Positions 28,889-40,210 are shown, numbered from the stretch's first letter. The stretch: 64,000 bases of DNA from Patescibacteria group bacterium (GCA_016861265.1 BOLA01000001.1:598229-662228), one strand, 5' to 3'. Translations and numbers: made by a program. Notes: generated by a model not told the origin, from the sequence alone.

Positions 28889-28986
28889 ATGTTAATTAAT
28901 AAATACTAGTTCCGTTAATTTTAACCTTAAAGCTCAACACAGGCAATAAAGTTCAATGTAGAATAAGAGAATGTTAAAATCAATTT

Positions 28987-29907
28987 ATGAAAATAAAAAC
29001 AATGTTTATGGGAAGTGGGGAATTTGCAGTTCCAATACTTGATTCACTCCTAAAAAATGACTTAATAGATTTAGTTTGTGTTATTACGCAGCCCGACAAG
29101 CCTGTTGGCAGAAAGCAGGTATTTACCCCAACACCAGTTGGCGAATTTTTGCAAAAGAATTCCATAAAAGTAGTCTGCGAAACTCCGGCAAAAATTCGCA
29201 TTGAAGCCGAAGATTTACTAAATAAGTATCAGCCCGAGTTAATAATAGTAGCATCCTATGCTCAAATAATTCCTGAAACCATATTAAATTATCCTAAATA
29301 CAAAGCACTAAATTTACACGGATCTTTGCTTCCTGAATTGCGAGGTGCCGTTCCTGTTCAAATGTCAATTTTAAACGGATTAGAAAGAACTGGAGTAACA
29401 ATTCAGAGAATGGTTTACGAAATGGATGCAGGTCCAATAGTTGGCAAAAAAGAGATTGAACTCGATAAAACCGAGACTACGGATATATTAATGGACAAAT
29501 TGGCACATCTGGGTGCAGCTTTGCTTACTGACATACTTCCGAAATGGATAAATGGCCAGATTCAAGAAATACCGCAAAATGAATCAGATTCTACTTATTG
29601 TTACAAAGACGATATCTCAAAAAACAAAGCCGAAATAACATTTGAAACTGACTTGGATACAGCAGAAAGAATGATTCGAGCATTTTATCCTTGGCCAGTA
29701 GCCTGGATAAAGTATCAAGGTAAAATGGTAAAAATCTTTTCAGGAATAGTAAGCGACCTTAAAGAAAACTCCTCAGAGTTAAAATTTATCAAAAAGGACA
29801 AGAAGTTATTCCTCGTATTGCAAACCGGATGCATAGAAGTTTTAGAGTTACAAATAGAAGGAAAGAACAGAGATAGTTTTAAAAATTATTTATTCTTATC
29901 TGCCTGA
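28987..29907 (+). CDS. fmt: Methionyl-tRNA formyltransferase
   Basis: FMGSGEFA, TQPDKPVGR, NLHGSLLP.LRGA.P, MDAG. Confidence 0.96.
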   Translation: MKIKTMFMGSGEFAVPILDSLLKNDLIDLVCVITQPDKPVGRKQVFTPTPVGEFLQKNSIKVVCETPAKIRIEAEDLLNKYQPELIIVASYAQIIPETILNYPKYKALNLHGSLLPELRGAVPVQMSILNGLERTGVTIQRMVYEMDAGPIVGKKEIELDKTETTDILMDKLAHLGAALLTDILPKWINGQIQEIPQNESDSTYCYKDDISKNKAEITFETDLDTAERMIRAFYPWPVAWIKYQGKMVKIFSGIVSDLKENSSELKFIKKDKKLFLVLQTGCIEVLELQIEGKNRDSFKNYLFLSA

Positions 29908-30143
29908 AATTGGGCATATCTTTCTACTATGTAAGGTTCAGGAAAGCTTTCTATTGCTTTCTTATAATATTCATCGGCCTTTGCATATGCTCCTAAGCCC
30001 TCTTGGTCTGTGGCAAGTTTATAGTAACCAGCAGCCCTAGTTTTGGGAATTCCAATTAAAAGCATATAAATAATAAATGCAAAACCTAGTACCACAGAAA
30101 CAATTATTGGTTTTATAAGATTTTTAAGCGGTTGTAATCTCAT
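29886..30143 (-). CDS. Small membrane protein with a single TPR-like motif
   Basis: TM helix followed by YYKLA....GAY.KA..YYKKAIE.FP. Confidence 0.55.
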   Translation of the reverse strand: MRLQPLKNLIKPIIVSVVLGFAFIIYMLLIGIPKTRAAGYYKLATDQEGLGAYAKADEYYKKAIESFPEPYIVERYAQFQADKNK

Positions 30144-31230
30144 GGTTTCTATTGTTGCCTAGAAAATTTCTCCTATAAATATCTACCAGTGTTAGGGATA
30201 ATACAAATAACACCGGACCATATAATATTCCAAGGAAGCCAAACATGGCAATACCGCCAAGTACGCTAAACACAGCTGCTAATGGGTGTATATTTACAGC
30301 TCCTTTCATTAGTCTTGGTCTAAAGGTGGTATCGATTACATTAATAATAATTGCGCTGTAAATAATTAATAATGCACCAAGAACTATTTGTGTCGAATTT
30401 CCTGAGGAAATCCCCCCGATAATAATAGCAACTCCTACCGGAGCCCATACCAAACCTGAGCCTATAGGTACAATAGATAGTAAGACCATGATTAACCATA
30501 GTAGTACAGGTGCACCAACGCCCATCAACATTAAAGGAATAAGTACTGCAGTTGCTTGCAATATTGCTACAATAAGTGTTCCTTTTAGCACACCCTTTGT
30601 CGTCTGTCTTAATTTCTCAAATATTAATGTGTCTACTTCATCATCCAGTGGAGAAACTTTCTTGAATATCTGGGGCAATTTATCAAACATTGGGAATAAA
30701 TAGCTTAACGAAAGTACTAAGAGGAATAAATTAAATAAGATTTTTCCGCTTAAAGAAAGTATCTGGGAAGCTATCGGTAGTAATTGATTTCTTAAACTTG
30801 TTGCCAGATCAATTAGAATAACTCTAAGTTCTAATTGAGACAGTTCAAAGCCGGTTGATTTTAGAATATTGTTATTAATATTAATAATGGTATTGTTTAT
30901 TGAGCTTTCTAGGTTGCCCACAATGCTGAATAAATTTCCCGAGTCAGAAAGATTCTTAATTTCGTTAATTGTTAAAAGAAGAATTATTACCAAAGGGATA
31001 ATTACGCAAACAAGGGTAACTATAATCGACAGTAGTGTACTTAAACCCGCACTTTTTGTTTTTCTATAAATAAATCTGTAAAAAGGATGAAATATTTGAA
31101 CAATAATTAAAGAAATAATTATTATATTAAAATATGGCGAAAAAAGATTAAAAGTTATTAGTCCCAGTGCAACCATTAACAAGAGAAAAAATATTGTAGG
31201 GATTTCTAAATTTGAGATTGTTTTCTTCAT
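30124..31230 (-). CDS. AI-2E family transporter
   Basis: Multi-TM; SIVPIGSGLVWAP, RPRLM, IHPL...SVLGG...FG..G..YGP. Confidence 0.9.
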   Translation of the reverse strand: MKKTISNLEIPTIFFLLLMVALGLITFNLFSPYFNIIIISLIIVQIFHPFYRFIYRKTKSAGLSTLLSIIVTLVCVIIPLVIILLLTINEIKNLSDSGNLFSIVGNLESSINNTIININNNILKSTGFELSQLELRVILIDLATSLRNQLLPIASQILSLSGKILFNLFLLVLSLSYLFPMFDKLPQIFKKVSPLDDEVDTLIFEKLRQTTKGVLKGTLIVAILQATAVLIPLMLMGVGAPVLLWLIMVLLSIVPIGSGLVWAPVGVAIIIGGISSGNSTQIVLGALLIIYSAIIINVIDTTFRPRLMKGAVNIHPLAAVFSVLGGIAMFGFLGILYGPVLFVLSLTLVDIYRRNFLGNNRNHEITTA

Positions 31231-31335
31231 TTATTTTTTATAACAGAATTAAGCTAATGATAATGTAGAGTAGAGCAATAGTAAATAGCAATACCCTTAT
31301 TAAATGAGTAGCAAACAAGAAATAATTCTTGTATT

Positions 31336-34300
31336 ATGAAAAGTGTATCAATAATAGTTACTATAGTAATGAACTCACCCCTACTAAGTTATAAAAAAAG
31401 AAAAAAACGAAATCGAAATATTATTCTTTCTAGTATAGTAATCACTTTTCTTTCTATAGCTATTTTCTCAAGATTATTCGCGGCCACAAGTATAAGTTGG
31501 AATTTTGATGTCGCAGAAGATTATTTATCCTCAGATAACAACAAGGTTCAAATTAATAACGGAGATGTAACTTTAAAACAAGTCGTTACAAACCTATCTG
31601 AAGATACAGATATCGAATTTAATGATGGAGAACATATTAATACAATGTCTTCAAATAATAAATTGACATTAGGGGGAACTAAATCTCCCGTTCCCTCAAA
31701 TTCGTCTGGACTTGTTGCGCAATATAGGGCTGAGAACAATTGGGATAATGAAAAGGGTACCGGTAGTGTATCTGTTGTGGGATCACCAACCTTTGTGGCA
31801 GGGCAGATAGGTACAGGGGTAAGTTTTGACGGTACTGATGATCAGGCAATCGTTAATTCTAATTTTGGTCTTACCACCACAAATATTTCTGTTGAGTTAT
31901 GGGTTAACCTAGATTCAATCTCAGAAAACGGATCATTTGTGAAAATTGGTGGAACGGGAAATGGTGGAATTGCTGTCGGGGTAGGTTCAACTACATTCTT
32001 AGATGGTGGTAATAATCTGATTCTTTTATATGAGGGAGTTCGATGGATTAATACAAATGTAAGGATTGGAACAGGCTGGCACCATATTGTAATGGTGGTT
32101 AATAGCTCCGGAGTTCCTTCCGCATATATAGATGGACGTCTGATTGGAACCTTTGCCGGTACTAATGCAATTGCCCCTGTAAACAACAATGTTTATATTG
32201 GAGGTTATTTCGCTTCAGGTGCTAGGTTTGCTGATGCAATCATAGACGAAGTATCGATATATAATATTGATTTAAGTGGGTCGCAGATATTTCAAAATTA
32301 CCAGAAAGGAGCCGCACTCATAGGAGAGTATACTTCTAGTGTAATTGATTCCAATGCAACGGATGGAGTGCCGTGGGATTCCTTAAATTGGATACCTAGT
32401 GGCCCCTATGGAGTTGAACTCCCAAATAATATGCAAACTGAAACAACTTACCCAACCGGTAATGTAGATATGAGTGGAAATCTTGCTCTTTGGCATTTCA
32501 ATAATAACGGACAAGATAGTAGTGGTAATAATAGAAATGGGACTTTGGCAGGCAACGCTCAATATGTAACCACTTCTAAATTTGGTAGTCACTCAGCTTC
32601 TTTCGACGGAGCTGGAGATTATGTTTCTTTAGGCAATAATGCATTAGGTAATTTAGGGAATTTTACACTTTCTGCATGGATTAAAACTCCAGACACAAAT
32701 ACCTCCAGATATATTCTCACTGAATTCAGACCAAGCTGCGGTGATGCAATTTGGTATATTGATGCAAATGGTATTCCTACGTATATAGATGGTGCAGTAA
32801 CATTAAATAGTGGAGGTACGAGTGTAGAGGATAATAAATGGCATCATATTGTTTACGTATATGGTGGAACCTATGGGAAGCATTACATCGATGGAGTTCC
32901 TCAGCCAAACTCCACCGGAGCAATTTGGAGAAGCACTTGCAGTGCTGCTGACGTAAGAATAGGAATTGATGCGCAAGGAGCAGGATCATTTTTAGGTAAT
33001 ATTGATGAATTAGCAGTATTCAATAGGGCATTAACCCAAGAGGAAGTATCAGCGATATATAACCGTGGTGGGCAAACAGTTAAATACCAAGTGAGAAGCT
33101 GCAACGATAACCTATGCGATGGGGAAAATTTTATAGGTCCTGACGGATCACCAAATACTTACTACTCAATAGAAAAAAATCAGGTTACTTCAAATCCATC
33201 CATAGAATTCTCTAATTTAAACAACAACAGATATTTTCAATATAAAGTAACATTAGAGGCCCATACACAAAATGCGCTTCCGACTATAGGTTCAATAAAT
33301 TTATCTTACGAAAGTTATGCAACTGATAATCCGTATGTAAACCCTGTTTCCTCCATAGACTTGGGCGGCATTCCAAAAACAATTTCTAAATTTTGTGAAG
33401 GCACTCTTAATGGTTCAAATGAATGTACTACAACAAGTGTAAAGCCATTGGGTACGGAAATTCATTATCAAATTTGTAATGATTTAGTCTCTAACTGCGA
33501 TATAAACAATACATGGAAGTACTGGGACGGTGATAGTTGGGAAAACGCAGATAATACAGAATTCAATACTGCCTCTGACGTTTCAAGTAATATCGAGCAG
33601 TTCATTCCTTCTTCAAGATATTTATCGTTTAAATCATTCTTAAGTTCAGGAGGCAATTCTACACCAACACTAAAAGATGTTTCGGTCTCCGCTACTTTAG
33701 ATGGAATCCCACCAGTAACGAATGCATCAAATATTCATTCAAATGGTTACAACAGTAATGACTGGATAAGAAATAAACCCTTAATAGAATGGAGTGAAGG
33801 AGAAGATGATCAAGAAGGGGTAGGTCTTCTGGGTTACTGTGTGGCACTAGACGAATCTAACCTGGGAAGTAGTCAGAATTTAAACCCTTCAACAAGCGCT
33901 GGAGTTTTACAGAGTCTAGATGATGGAGTTTCTCAACAATATTGTCCATACATTGTTACGGGTACAAGCATTAATTTGAATTCAATTCAGGGGCTGAATC
34001 TAGTTACAAATAAACAATATAATTTTTCAATTAAGGCGGTTGATATTTCCGGCAATATTTGGAATGGAAGCAGCGAGGATTATCAAGACTTATTTACATT
34101 CCGATATGATGGTACTGCACCTAATAATCCTGCTTTTATTTCAATGCCAAGTAATTTTATACAAAGTAAGGATGTAACAATAACCTGGCCAACGGAAGGA
34201 GCAAATGGTGCAAGCGATGTAGGTTCGGGATTGGCCGGATTACAATATAGGATAGGGCAGAATGGTGTATGGTATGGAGATCTTCACAATGGCAATCAAG

Positions 34301-36312
34301 ATTTAACAGATTTACTTGTTAATGATGGTACATATACAACAAACCCGGAAGTAGATTACGAGAATTTAATAGACGGGTCGAACATAATTTACTTTAGAAC
34401 AGTGGATAATGCAGGAAACTATTCGATCTCTAATGTAACTGGTGTGTTAAAGATAAATACAACTGCCCCTAACCAGGTTCAGAATTTGCAAGTGAATCCA
34501 AGCGATAATATTGTTAATTCTTATTCCTTTAATTGGAGTGTTCCCGATACATTCATAGGTGAAGCCAGTGGATTAACCTATTGCTATACCGTAAATACAT
34601 TGCCAAACGGGAATAATTGCACATATACAGCAGCCGGAATAACAACTATTCCAAGCGATGCATTTGCAACTCAGCCTGGAACAAACAACTTTTATGTAGT
34701 GGCAAAAGATGAAGCGGGGAATATAAATTACGATACATATTCAAGCATCCAGTTTACGTATTCAGGGGAAGCTCCTGGAATACCATTGAATGTTGATGTT
34801 GCAGACATATCTACTAAAGAGACCCAAGACTGGAAGTTAGCAGTAACCTGGGCCGTACCTACAAATGCCGGAGCAGGAGTTAGTAGTTATAAAGTTTACA
34901 GATCATCAGTAGAAAATGCGGCTTGTAATTCAAACATGAATAACTTTAGTCAGGTAAGTAGTGTAGCAGGAACATCGTTTATCGATACAGGCTTAGAGCA
35001 GCAAGACTATTACTATTGTGTAAAAGCATGTGACAGTGCGAATAATTGTTCCGCTGTATCAAGTACTAAAGTAAAATATCCAACAGGTAAATATACTTCG
35101 CCGGCGAACCTAGTATCGGGTCCAGAACTGAATGCGGTAACAACAAAGAAGGCAGTAATTAGTTGGGTTACTGATAGAAGAAGTGATTCAAAAATACAGA
35201 TAGGGCTATCTAGTAACGACTACTTTGAGGCAGAAAGTGCAGTTTCAGCACAGGTAACATCACATACGGTGACCCTTGATAATCTAGCTGCAGGAACAAC
35301 ATATTATTATCGAGCTAAGTGGACTGACGAGGATGGCAACACCGGAATAAGTGAAGAGAAATCTTTCACTACAAACCCACCTCCAAGTATTGTTTCCACA
35401 AATGTGACTAATATTGGAATTAATAGCGCTTTACTTCAATTAAGAGTGAGTGGAGCAACAAAAGCAACAATACTATACGGCATTGAAAGTAATTTTAACC
35501 TAGTAAAGGAGGTCTTAACTTCTTTCACAGAGAGTAGTTATACAATTCCACTAGAAGATCTAAATGATAATTCTAGATATACATATAGAATAAGATTGTC
35601 AGATATCGAAGGCGCAGAATACTTAAATCTAGAGACTAATGAATTCACTACCTTACCAAGGCCTACGGTAAGTAATATTGAAATTGAGGAAATTAAAAAT
35701 GTTGCACAGCCTACTGTGAAGGTAAACTGGACCTCAAATACTGAGATTTCCTCCATAGTTACTTTCTATCCATCAAACTCAGAAGATCAGGCTAGAGATT
35801 CAATTAACTTAGATTTAGTAAAAGAGCATCAATTAGAATTATCCGGATTAATGGCAAACACTAGATATGTTTTGATTGTAAAAGGTATTGATAAATTCGG
35901 AAACGAAGCAATTTCTTCACCTCAGTTGTTTAATACTGCTACAGATACAAGACCGCCAAGAATATTTAATGTAAAGGTTGAAGCGGTAAATCCCGACAGC
36001 AGTGAAAATACATCACAAATAATTGTAAGTTGGGAAACTGACGAGTTATCTACCAGTCAAGTAGAGTACGGAGAAGGTACTAACGGAGGCTATTCTCAAT
36101 CCACCCAAATAGACAAAGGTTTAGGTTACAAGCACGTTGTAATAATTACGAATCTAAAGCCTGCAAGCGTGTACCATCTAAAGGCAATTAGTGAGGATAA
36201 TAGTAAGAATACGAGCGAGACGGGGAATATAGTAACAATAACTCCAAAGCAGCAAGAGAAGGCCTTTGACATTGTACTTAAGGGCTTAGGAGATATTTTT
36301 AGTTTCCTGTAA
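31336..36312 (+). CDS. Large surface protein with two LamG domains and multiple fibronectin type III repeats
   Basis: N-terminal TM; WHHIV...IDE/IDEL LamG motifs twice; FN3-like W...Y...A.D.AGN repeats; start may be ATG 31369. Confidence 0.85.
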   Translation: MKSVSIIVTIVMNSPLLSYKKRKKRNRNIILSSIVITFLSIAIFSRLFAATSISWNFDVAEDYLSSDNNKVQINNGDVTLKQVVTNLSEDTDIEFNDGEHINTMSSNNKLTLGGTKSPVPSNSSGLVAQYRAENNWDNEKGTGSVSVVGSPTFVAGQIGTGVSFDGTDDQAIVNSNFGLTTTNISVELWVNLDSISENGSFVKIGGTGNGGIAVGVGSTTFLDGGNNLILLYEGVRWINTNVRIGTGWHHIVMVVNSSGVPSAYIDGRLIGTFAGTNAIAPVNNNVYIGGYFASGARFADAIIDEVSIYNIDLSGSQIFQNYQKGAALIGEYTSSVIDSNATDGVPWDSLNWIPSGPYGVELPNNMQTETTYPTGNVDMSGNLALWHFNNNGQDSSGNNRNGTLAGNAQYVTTSKFGSHSASFDGAGDYVSLGNNALGNLGNFTLSAWIKTPDTNTSRYILTEFRPSCGDAIWYIDANGIPTYIDGAVTLNSGGTSVEDNKWHHIVYVYGGTYGKHYIDGVPQPNSTGAIWRSTCSAADVRIGIDAQGAGSFLGNIDELAVFNRALTQEEVSAIYNRGGQTVKYQVRSCNDNLCDGENFIGPDGSPNTYYSIEKNQVTSNPSIEFSNLNNNRYFQYKVTLEAHTQNALPTIGSINLSYESYATDNPYVNPVSSIDLGGIPKTISKFCEGTLNGSNECTTTSVKPLGTEIHYQICNDLVSNCDINNTWKYWDGDSWENADNTEFNTASDVSSNIEQFIPSSRYLSFKSFLSSGGNSTPTLKDVSVSATLDGIPPVTNASNIHSNGYNSNDWIRNKPLIEWSEGEDDQEGVGLLGYCVALDESNLGSSQNLNPSTSAGVLQSLDDGVSQQYCPYIVTGTSINLNSIQGLNLVTNKQYNFSIKAVDISGNIWNGSSEDYQDLFTFRYDGTAPNNPAFISMPSNFIQSKDVTITWPTEGANGASDVGSGLAGLQYRIGQNGVWYGDLHNGNQDLTDLLVNDGTYTTNPEVDYENLIDGSNIIYFRTVDNAGNYSISNVTGVLKINTTAPNQVQNLQVNPSDNIVNSYSFNWSVPDTFIGEASGLTYCYTVNTLPNGNNCTYTAAGITTIPSDAFATQPGTNNFYVVAKDEAGNINYDTYSSIQFTYSGEAPGIPLNVDVADISTKETQDWKLAVTWAVPTNAGAGVSSYKVYRSSVENAACNSNMNNFSQVSSVAGTSFIDTGLEQQDYYYCVKACDSANNCSAVSSTKVKYPTGKYTSPANLVSGPELNAVTTKKAVISWVTDRRSDSKIQIGLSSNDYFEAESAVSAQVTSHTVTLDNLAAGTTYYYRAKWTDEDGNTGISEEKSFTTNPPPSIVSTNVTNIGINSALLQLRVSGATKATILYGIESNFNLVKEVLTSFTESSYTIPLEDLNDNSRYTYRIRLSDIEGAEYLNLETNEFTTLPRPTVSNIEIEEIKNVAQPTVKVNWTSNTEISSIVTFYPSNSEDQARDSINLDLVKEHQLELSGLMANTRYVLIVKGIDKFGNEAISSPQLFNTATDTRPPRIFNVKVEAVNPDSSENTSQIIVSWETDELSTSQVEYGEGTNGGYSQSTQIDKGLGYKHVVIITNLKPASVYHLKAISEDNSKNTSETGNIVTITPKQQEKAFDIVLKGLGDIFSFL

Positions 36313-36348
36313 ATTTTAATGAAATATATTTCTAATTTTATAGAATAG

Positions 36349-38643
36349 TTGGTAATGAATAATCCAATCATAGAAGTAAAAAATGTTTTTAAAGGATATA
36401 GAGTAACGCCTAGCGATGTTCTAGTTCTAAAGGATGTTAGTTTACAGATTAATAAGGGAGAATTCATTGTAATCTTTGGACCCTCAGGGAGCGGCAAATC
36501 CACCTTATTGAATATAGTAATGGGATTAGAAAAACCTACTAAGGGTAAGATAACTTTTAAAGGTGTCGAAATCTCCACTTCTACCGAAGATGAGCTTGCG
36601 GAATTTAGGAAGAGAAATATTGGTATCGTTTATCAGCAATCCTATTGGGTAAAATCATTAAATGTAGTTGAAAATGTTGCGTTACCGTTAATTCTAAGAG
36701 GAATAGAGAAGCAGACTGCAGAAGCAAGTGCACTTACTTTATTGAATTCACTCGGAATGAAGGAATGGGCTACTTATCACCCACACGAGCTTTCTTCGGG
36801 CCAACAGCAAAAGGTATCCTTGGCCAGAGCTTTAATTACAAATCCTGAAATTATTATTGCGGATGAACCTACAGGAAATCTTGACTATAGAAGCGGACAG
36901 CTTATTACTTCTTATTTAAAAAAACTGGCTGAATCAGGAAAGACTGTTATTATGGTTACTCATAATCTGGATAATTTAGATTATGCAGAAAGAGTAATAA
37001 ATATTTTTGATGGAAGAATCGCAGACGATTTTAAATTAAATACTAGTAATCTAGATGAAGTTAAAAAAGCCCTAATCACTGAAAAAGCTCATGGAAGTGT
37101 CCAAGATGACTATGGAGTTAAAAAAGAGTTGGATGTTCTAATAACAGGGCAAACAAAGCTATACGAGGATATAAATAGGGACAAAGGTTTAGGTAGAGTA
37201 CTTAGAAATTTAAAACATATAATTACTTCTATCTTTTTAGGAGTTTTGCTAGTAATTTATAAATTTATAGATGCCTTCCTTGGTATAAGGTTAATGCCTT
37301 CTTTTATACAGAGTCTAAGATCCCCGATTTCAAATCTTTTTAGAGGGGTTGTTAATTCCATTGATCAAAATAAAGAAAGTATAAGTTACTTTGATATTTT
37401 TAATTTGTCGCTTAAAACTTTATTCTCAAAAAAGAATAGAACGGCTGTTACCATAGGAGGAATTGCATTCGGAATAGGGTTTACTGCGTTCTTAATATCA
37501 ATTGGGTATGGTTTGGAGCAACTTGTGATATCTAGATCGGCCCAACTCGAGCAACTAAGACAGATTGAAGTTTATCCACCCTTAGGTGAAAGTATTACAA
37601 TTAATGATGCCTCTATAGCAACAATTAAATCAATTAACCAAGTTGAGAAGGTCCTTCCAGTTATTAATGCAGCAGGAAAGGTGAATTATCAAAATTCTAA
37701 CATTGATGTTGTTGTTTATGGAGTTCAATCTGATTACCTCCGATTATCAGACTCTGTACTGGTATCGGGAGATTACTTTAAGAGTAATTCGAATACCAAG
37801 TTAGATATTCCAGTATCTGCACCAGTTTCCATGCCCGTAGGCGCGGAATCCAGTTCTTCACTTGAACGCAAGGCCGTTGTTAATATTGCATTCTTAAATT
37901 TAATTGGATTAGACTTTAATTCTGCTGTGGGCAAACAGTTTAAGTTAGGCTATATTCCCGTTAATAATCTAGAAGGATCAAATTCAAATGTATTATTCAA
38001 TTATGATTATGAAATTTCTGGAGTATTATCCACAGATGAATCTCCCGTGATATATACACCAATCGACGAAATTAAAAAGGCGGGCATAAATAACTATTCT
38101 CAAATTAGGATTGTGACTTCTGATCAATCTCAAGTCTTTTCAATAAGACAACAACTGAATGTGCTGGGTTATAGAACAACCTCGGTTCAAGATACTATTG
38201 CACAAATTGAAGGCTTTTTTAGTACAGCCAGAATTATTTTTGCGGCGGTTGGACTTGTGGCTTTATTTGTGGGTTCGTTGGGAATGTTTAACACACTAAC
38301 AGTTTCATTACTGGAACGAACTAGAGAAGTAGGCCTGTTAAAGACAATGGGTATGAAATCAAAAGAAATTAGAGAAGTGTTCTTATCGGAGGCAATAATT
38401 ATGGGAGTTTATGGAGGAATAGTAGGTATTATTATCGGAATTGTGGGAGGGTATGTAATTTCATTTATAATCTCTACAATATCCATATTGAGGGGCTATG
38501 AAGGGTTAGTAATTACCTATCTTCCTTTTACAACGGCAGTAGGAATAATCTTGGTTTCGGCATTCACTGGTATTGCAACAGGATTCTATCCATCAAGAAG
38601 GGCAACAAAGATTTCTGCACTAGATGCATTAAGATATGAATAA
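36349..38643 (+). CDS. MacB-like fused ABC transporter (ATPase plus FtsX-type permease)
   Basis: [30 protein letters not shown]; [12 protein letters not shown] and ALRYE permease motifs. Confidence 0.9.
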   Translation: MVMNNPIIEVKNVFKGYRVTPSDVLVLKDVSLQINKGEFIVIFGPSGSGKSTLLNIVMGLEKPTKGKITFKGVEISTSTEDELAEFRKRNIGIVYQQSYWVKSLNVVENVALPLILRGIEKQTAEASALTLLNSLGMKEWATYHPHELSSGQQQKVSLARALITNPEIIIADEPTGNLDYRSGQLITSYLKKLAESGKTVIMVTHNLDNLDYAERVINIFDGRIADDFKLNTSNLDEVKKALITEKAHGSVQDDYGVKKELDVLITGQTKLYEDINRDKGLGRVLRNLKHIITSIFLGVLLVIYKFIDAFLGIRLMPSFIQSLRSPISNLFRGVVNSIDQNKESISYFDIFNLSLKTLFSKKNRTAVTIGGIAFGIGFTAFLISIGYGLEQLVISRSAQLEQLRQIEVYPPLGESITINDASIATIKSINQVEKVLPVINAAGKVNYQNSNIDVVVYGVQSDYLRLSDSVLVSGDYFKSNSNTKLDIPVSAPVSMPVGAESSSSLERKAVVNIAFLNLIGLDFNSAVGKQFKLGYIPVNNLEGSNSNVLFNYDYEISGVLSTDESPVIYTPIDEIKKAGINNYSQIRIVTSDQSQVFSIRQQLNVLGYRTTSVQDTIAQIEGFFSTARIIFAAVGLVALFVGSLGMFNTLTVSLLERTREVGLLKTMGMKSKEIREVFLSEAIIMGVYGGIVGIIIGIVGGYVISFIISTISILRGYEGLVITYLPFTTAVGIILVSAFTGIATGFYPSRRATKISALDALRYE

Positions 38644-38704
38644 TAAGTATCGTGAGTTAGTAAACTCAGATGTTATAATCATATAAATATATCTTGGAGG
38701 ACAC

Positions 38705-38815
38705 ATGAGATTCCTTAAGCGTCTGCTGAGATACATTAGTGCTGTGGGGAATTGGGTTTTCATTGAACTCGATGATAACCGTTGGTCAGAAACAAGACCA
38801 TTTCCTAAGTTCTAA
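38705..38815 (+). CDS. Unannotated small protein, 36 aa (MRFLKRLLRYISAVGNWVFIELDDNRWSETRPFPKF)
   Basis: Extended -10 TGTTATAAT, SD GGAGG 4 nt before ATG, strong downstream hairpin. Confidence 0.55.
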   Translation: MRFLKRLLRYISAVGNWVFIELDDNRWSETRPFPKF

Positions 38816-38818
38816 TGG

Positions 38819-38850
38819 AAAAGGCAGCTGCAAAAAACAGCTGCCTTTTT
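38819..38850. terminator. Bidirectional terminator between the small ORF and tRNA-Asn
   Basis: AAAAGGCAGCTG-CAAAAAA-CAGCTGCCTTTTT. Confidence 0.85.
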
Positions 38851-38863
38851 AGTATTTAATAAA

Positions 38864-38935
38864 CTCCGATTGCTGGATTCGAACCAGCGACCAATCGCTT
38901 AACAGGCGAGCGCTCTACCGCTGAGCTAAATCGGA
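38864..38935 (-). tRNA. tRNA-Asn(GTT)
   Basis: Reverse complement TCCGATT-TA-GCTC AGCGGTA GAGC-G-CTCGC CT GTT AA GCGAT..GCTGG TTCGAAT CCAGC-AATCGGA-G. Confidence 0.95.
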
Positions 38936-39009
38936 ATGTGCTTTAAATTGCGTAGAATTATATCGAATACAAACATTCCTGTCTACGTTAATTGTAAACG
39001 GTGCGAGTA

Positions 39010-39354
39010 TTAATCGATGGACTTTTGTGCAGCTTTTTTGAAAGCCTTTAAAAGTTCAGTGGAGTTTTCTTTTAAAATATCTAATTGTTTAAGTATTTCC
39101 CTACTTGCTTTAGACACATCATCAACACGTTGTTTATATTCTTTCGATTTACTGTATTTATTCAAATTCTCATCAAGTTCTTGATAGTCTTCTTCTAGTT
39201 CACGAACAAATGCGTTTGCCTTTTTTGACAGATCCTCTGCTGTTGATCTTACCTTTTTCCTATTTTGTTCATCGGAAAGCATTGCAGCAATTCCTGCCGA
39301 TGCAGCTGCAAGGGTGCCTAAGATTACTGTCGCTTTTAGAATGTTTTTACTCAT
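39010..39354 (-). CDS. YtxH-like hypothetical protein
   Basis: G..AAA.AG.AA.L N-terminal hydrophobic segment followed by coiled coil. Confidence 0.55.
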   Translation of the reverse strand: MSKNILKATVILGTLAAASAGIAAMLSDEQNRKKVRSTAEDLSKKANAFVRELEEDYQELDENLNKYSKSKEYKQRVDDVSKASREILKQLDILKENSTELLKAFKKAAQKSID

Positions 39355-39417
39355 AATAATATTTTACGCAGTAATTTTTGTAAGCACAACAATAATAATG
39401 GGAATTTAATAAAATAT

Positions 39418-39478
39418 TTGACAAGAGTAGGTATACCACGTATACCATAATAGTACTATTATTTAACTTGGTATACCA
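39418..39478 (+). promoter_or_regulatory. lexA promoter with repeated GGTATACC palindromes (candidate SOS boxes)
   Basis: TTGACA at 39418; GGTATACC 39430-39437, CGTATACC 39439-39446, TGGTATACCA 39469-39478. Confidence 0.6.
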
Positions 39479-40113
39479 TGTTAACTCAAAAACAACAAAA
39501 AGTGCTGGAATCAATACAATTCTATATCAGAGAAAATGACCAGCCACCAACATTATCAGAACTAGGTGATATGTTAGGAATAAAGACAAAAAGAGGTGTC
39601 GTAAAACATCTCGATGCTTTAGAAAAGAAAGGCTTCTTATATAGAACCAGCAAGCCAAGAGGGATTGTTCTGACCAGCGGGGATTCAAGTCAAATGGATA
39701 CCTTAAGTATACCTGTTTTGGGGTATGCAAACGCAGGTAGACCTCTGGTATTTGCAGAAGAAGATATTATTGGTTCTATAAAAATAGATAGAGATTTAAT
39801 TAAAGATAGTAGAAAAACCTTTGCATTAGTAGTAAAGGGCGATTCAATGAATTTAAGACAGGTGAACAGAGTTCCAATCTTAGATAGGAATTATGTGGTT
39901 GTGGAAAAAGATAGCTCGTATTCAGATGGTGATGTTGTCCTCGCTGTAGTCGATAATGCTGCAACCATTAAGACTTTCAAAAGAAGTCAGAATTCTGTGA
40001 TCCTTTATCCGGAAAGTAACAATCCGGTACACACACCAATTTATCTAAAGGATAATGTAGCCGGATTTATAAATGGTAAGGTCATCGCAGTGCTAGAGAA
40101 CCCGGTTTTTTAA
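39478..40113 (+). CDS. lexA: SOS repressor LexA
   Basis: LT.KQ..VL, PPTLSEL, HLDALEKKG, Ala-Gly site (ANAG), GDSM, TIK catalytic Lys. Confidence 0.95.
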   Translation: MLTQKQQKVLESIQFYIRENDQPPTLSELGDMLGIKTKRGVVKHLDALEKKGFLYRTSKPRGIVLTSGDSSQMDTLSIPVLGYANAGRPLVFAEEDIIGSIKIDRDLIKDSRKTFALVVKGDSMNLRQVNRVPILDRNYVVVEKDSSYSDGDVVLAVVDNAATIKTFKRSQNSVILYPESNNPVHTPIYLKDNVAGFINGKVIAVLENPVF

Positions 40114-40210
40114 CAAATTATTTACAAACCTGATACGCAACTGTTAAGTTACTTATCTATCATTCAGATAGTAAGAATTAATTAATATTTTAATTTTTAT
40201 TTTAATAAAT

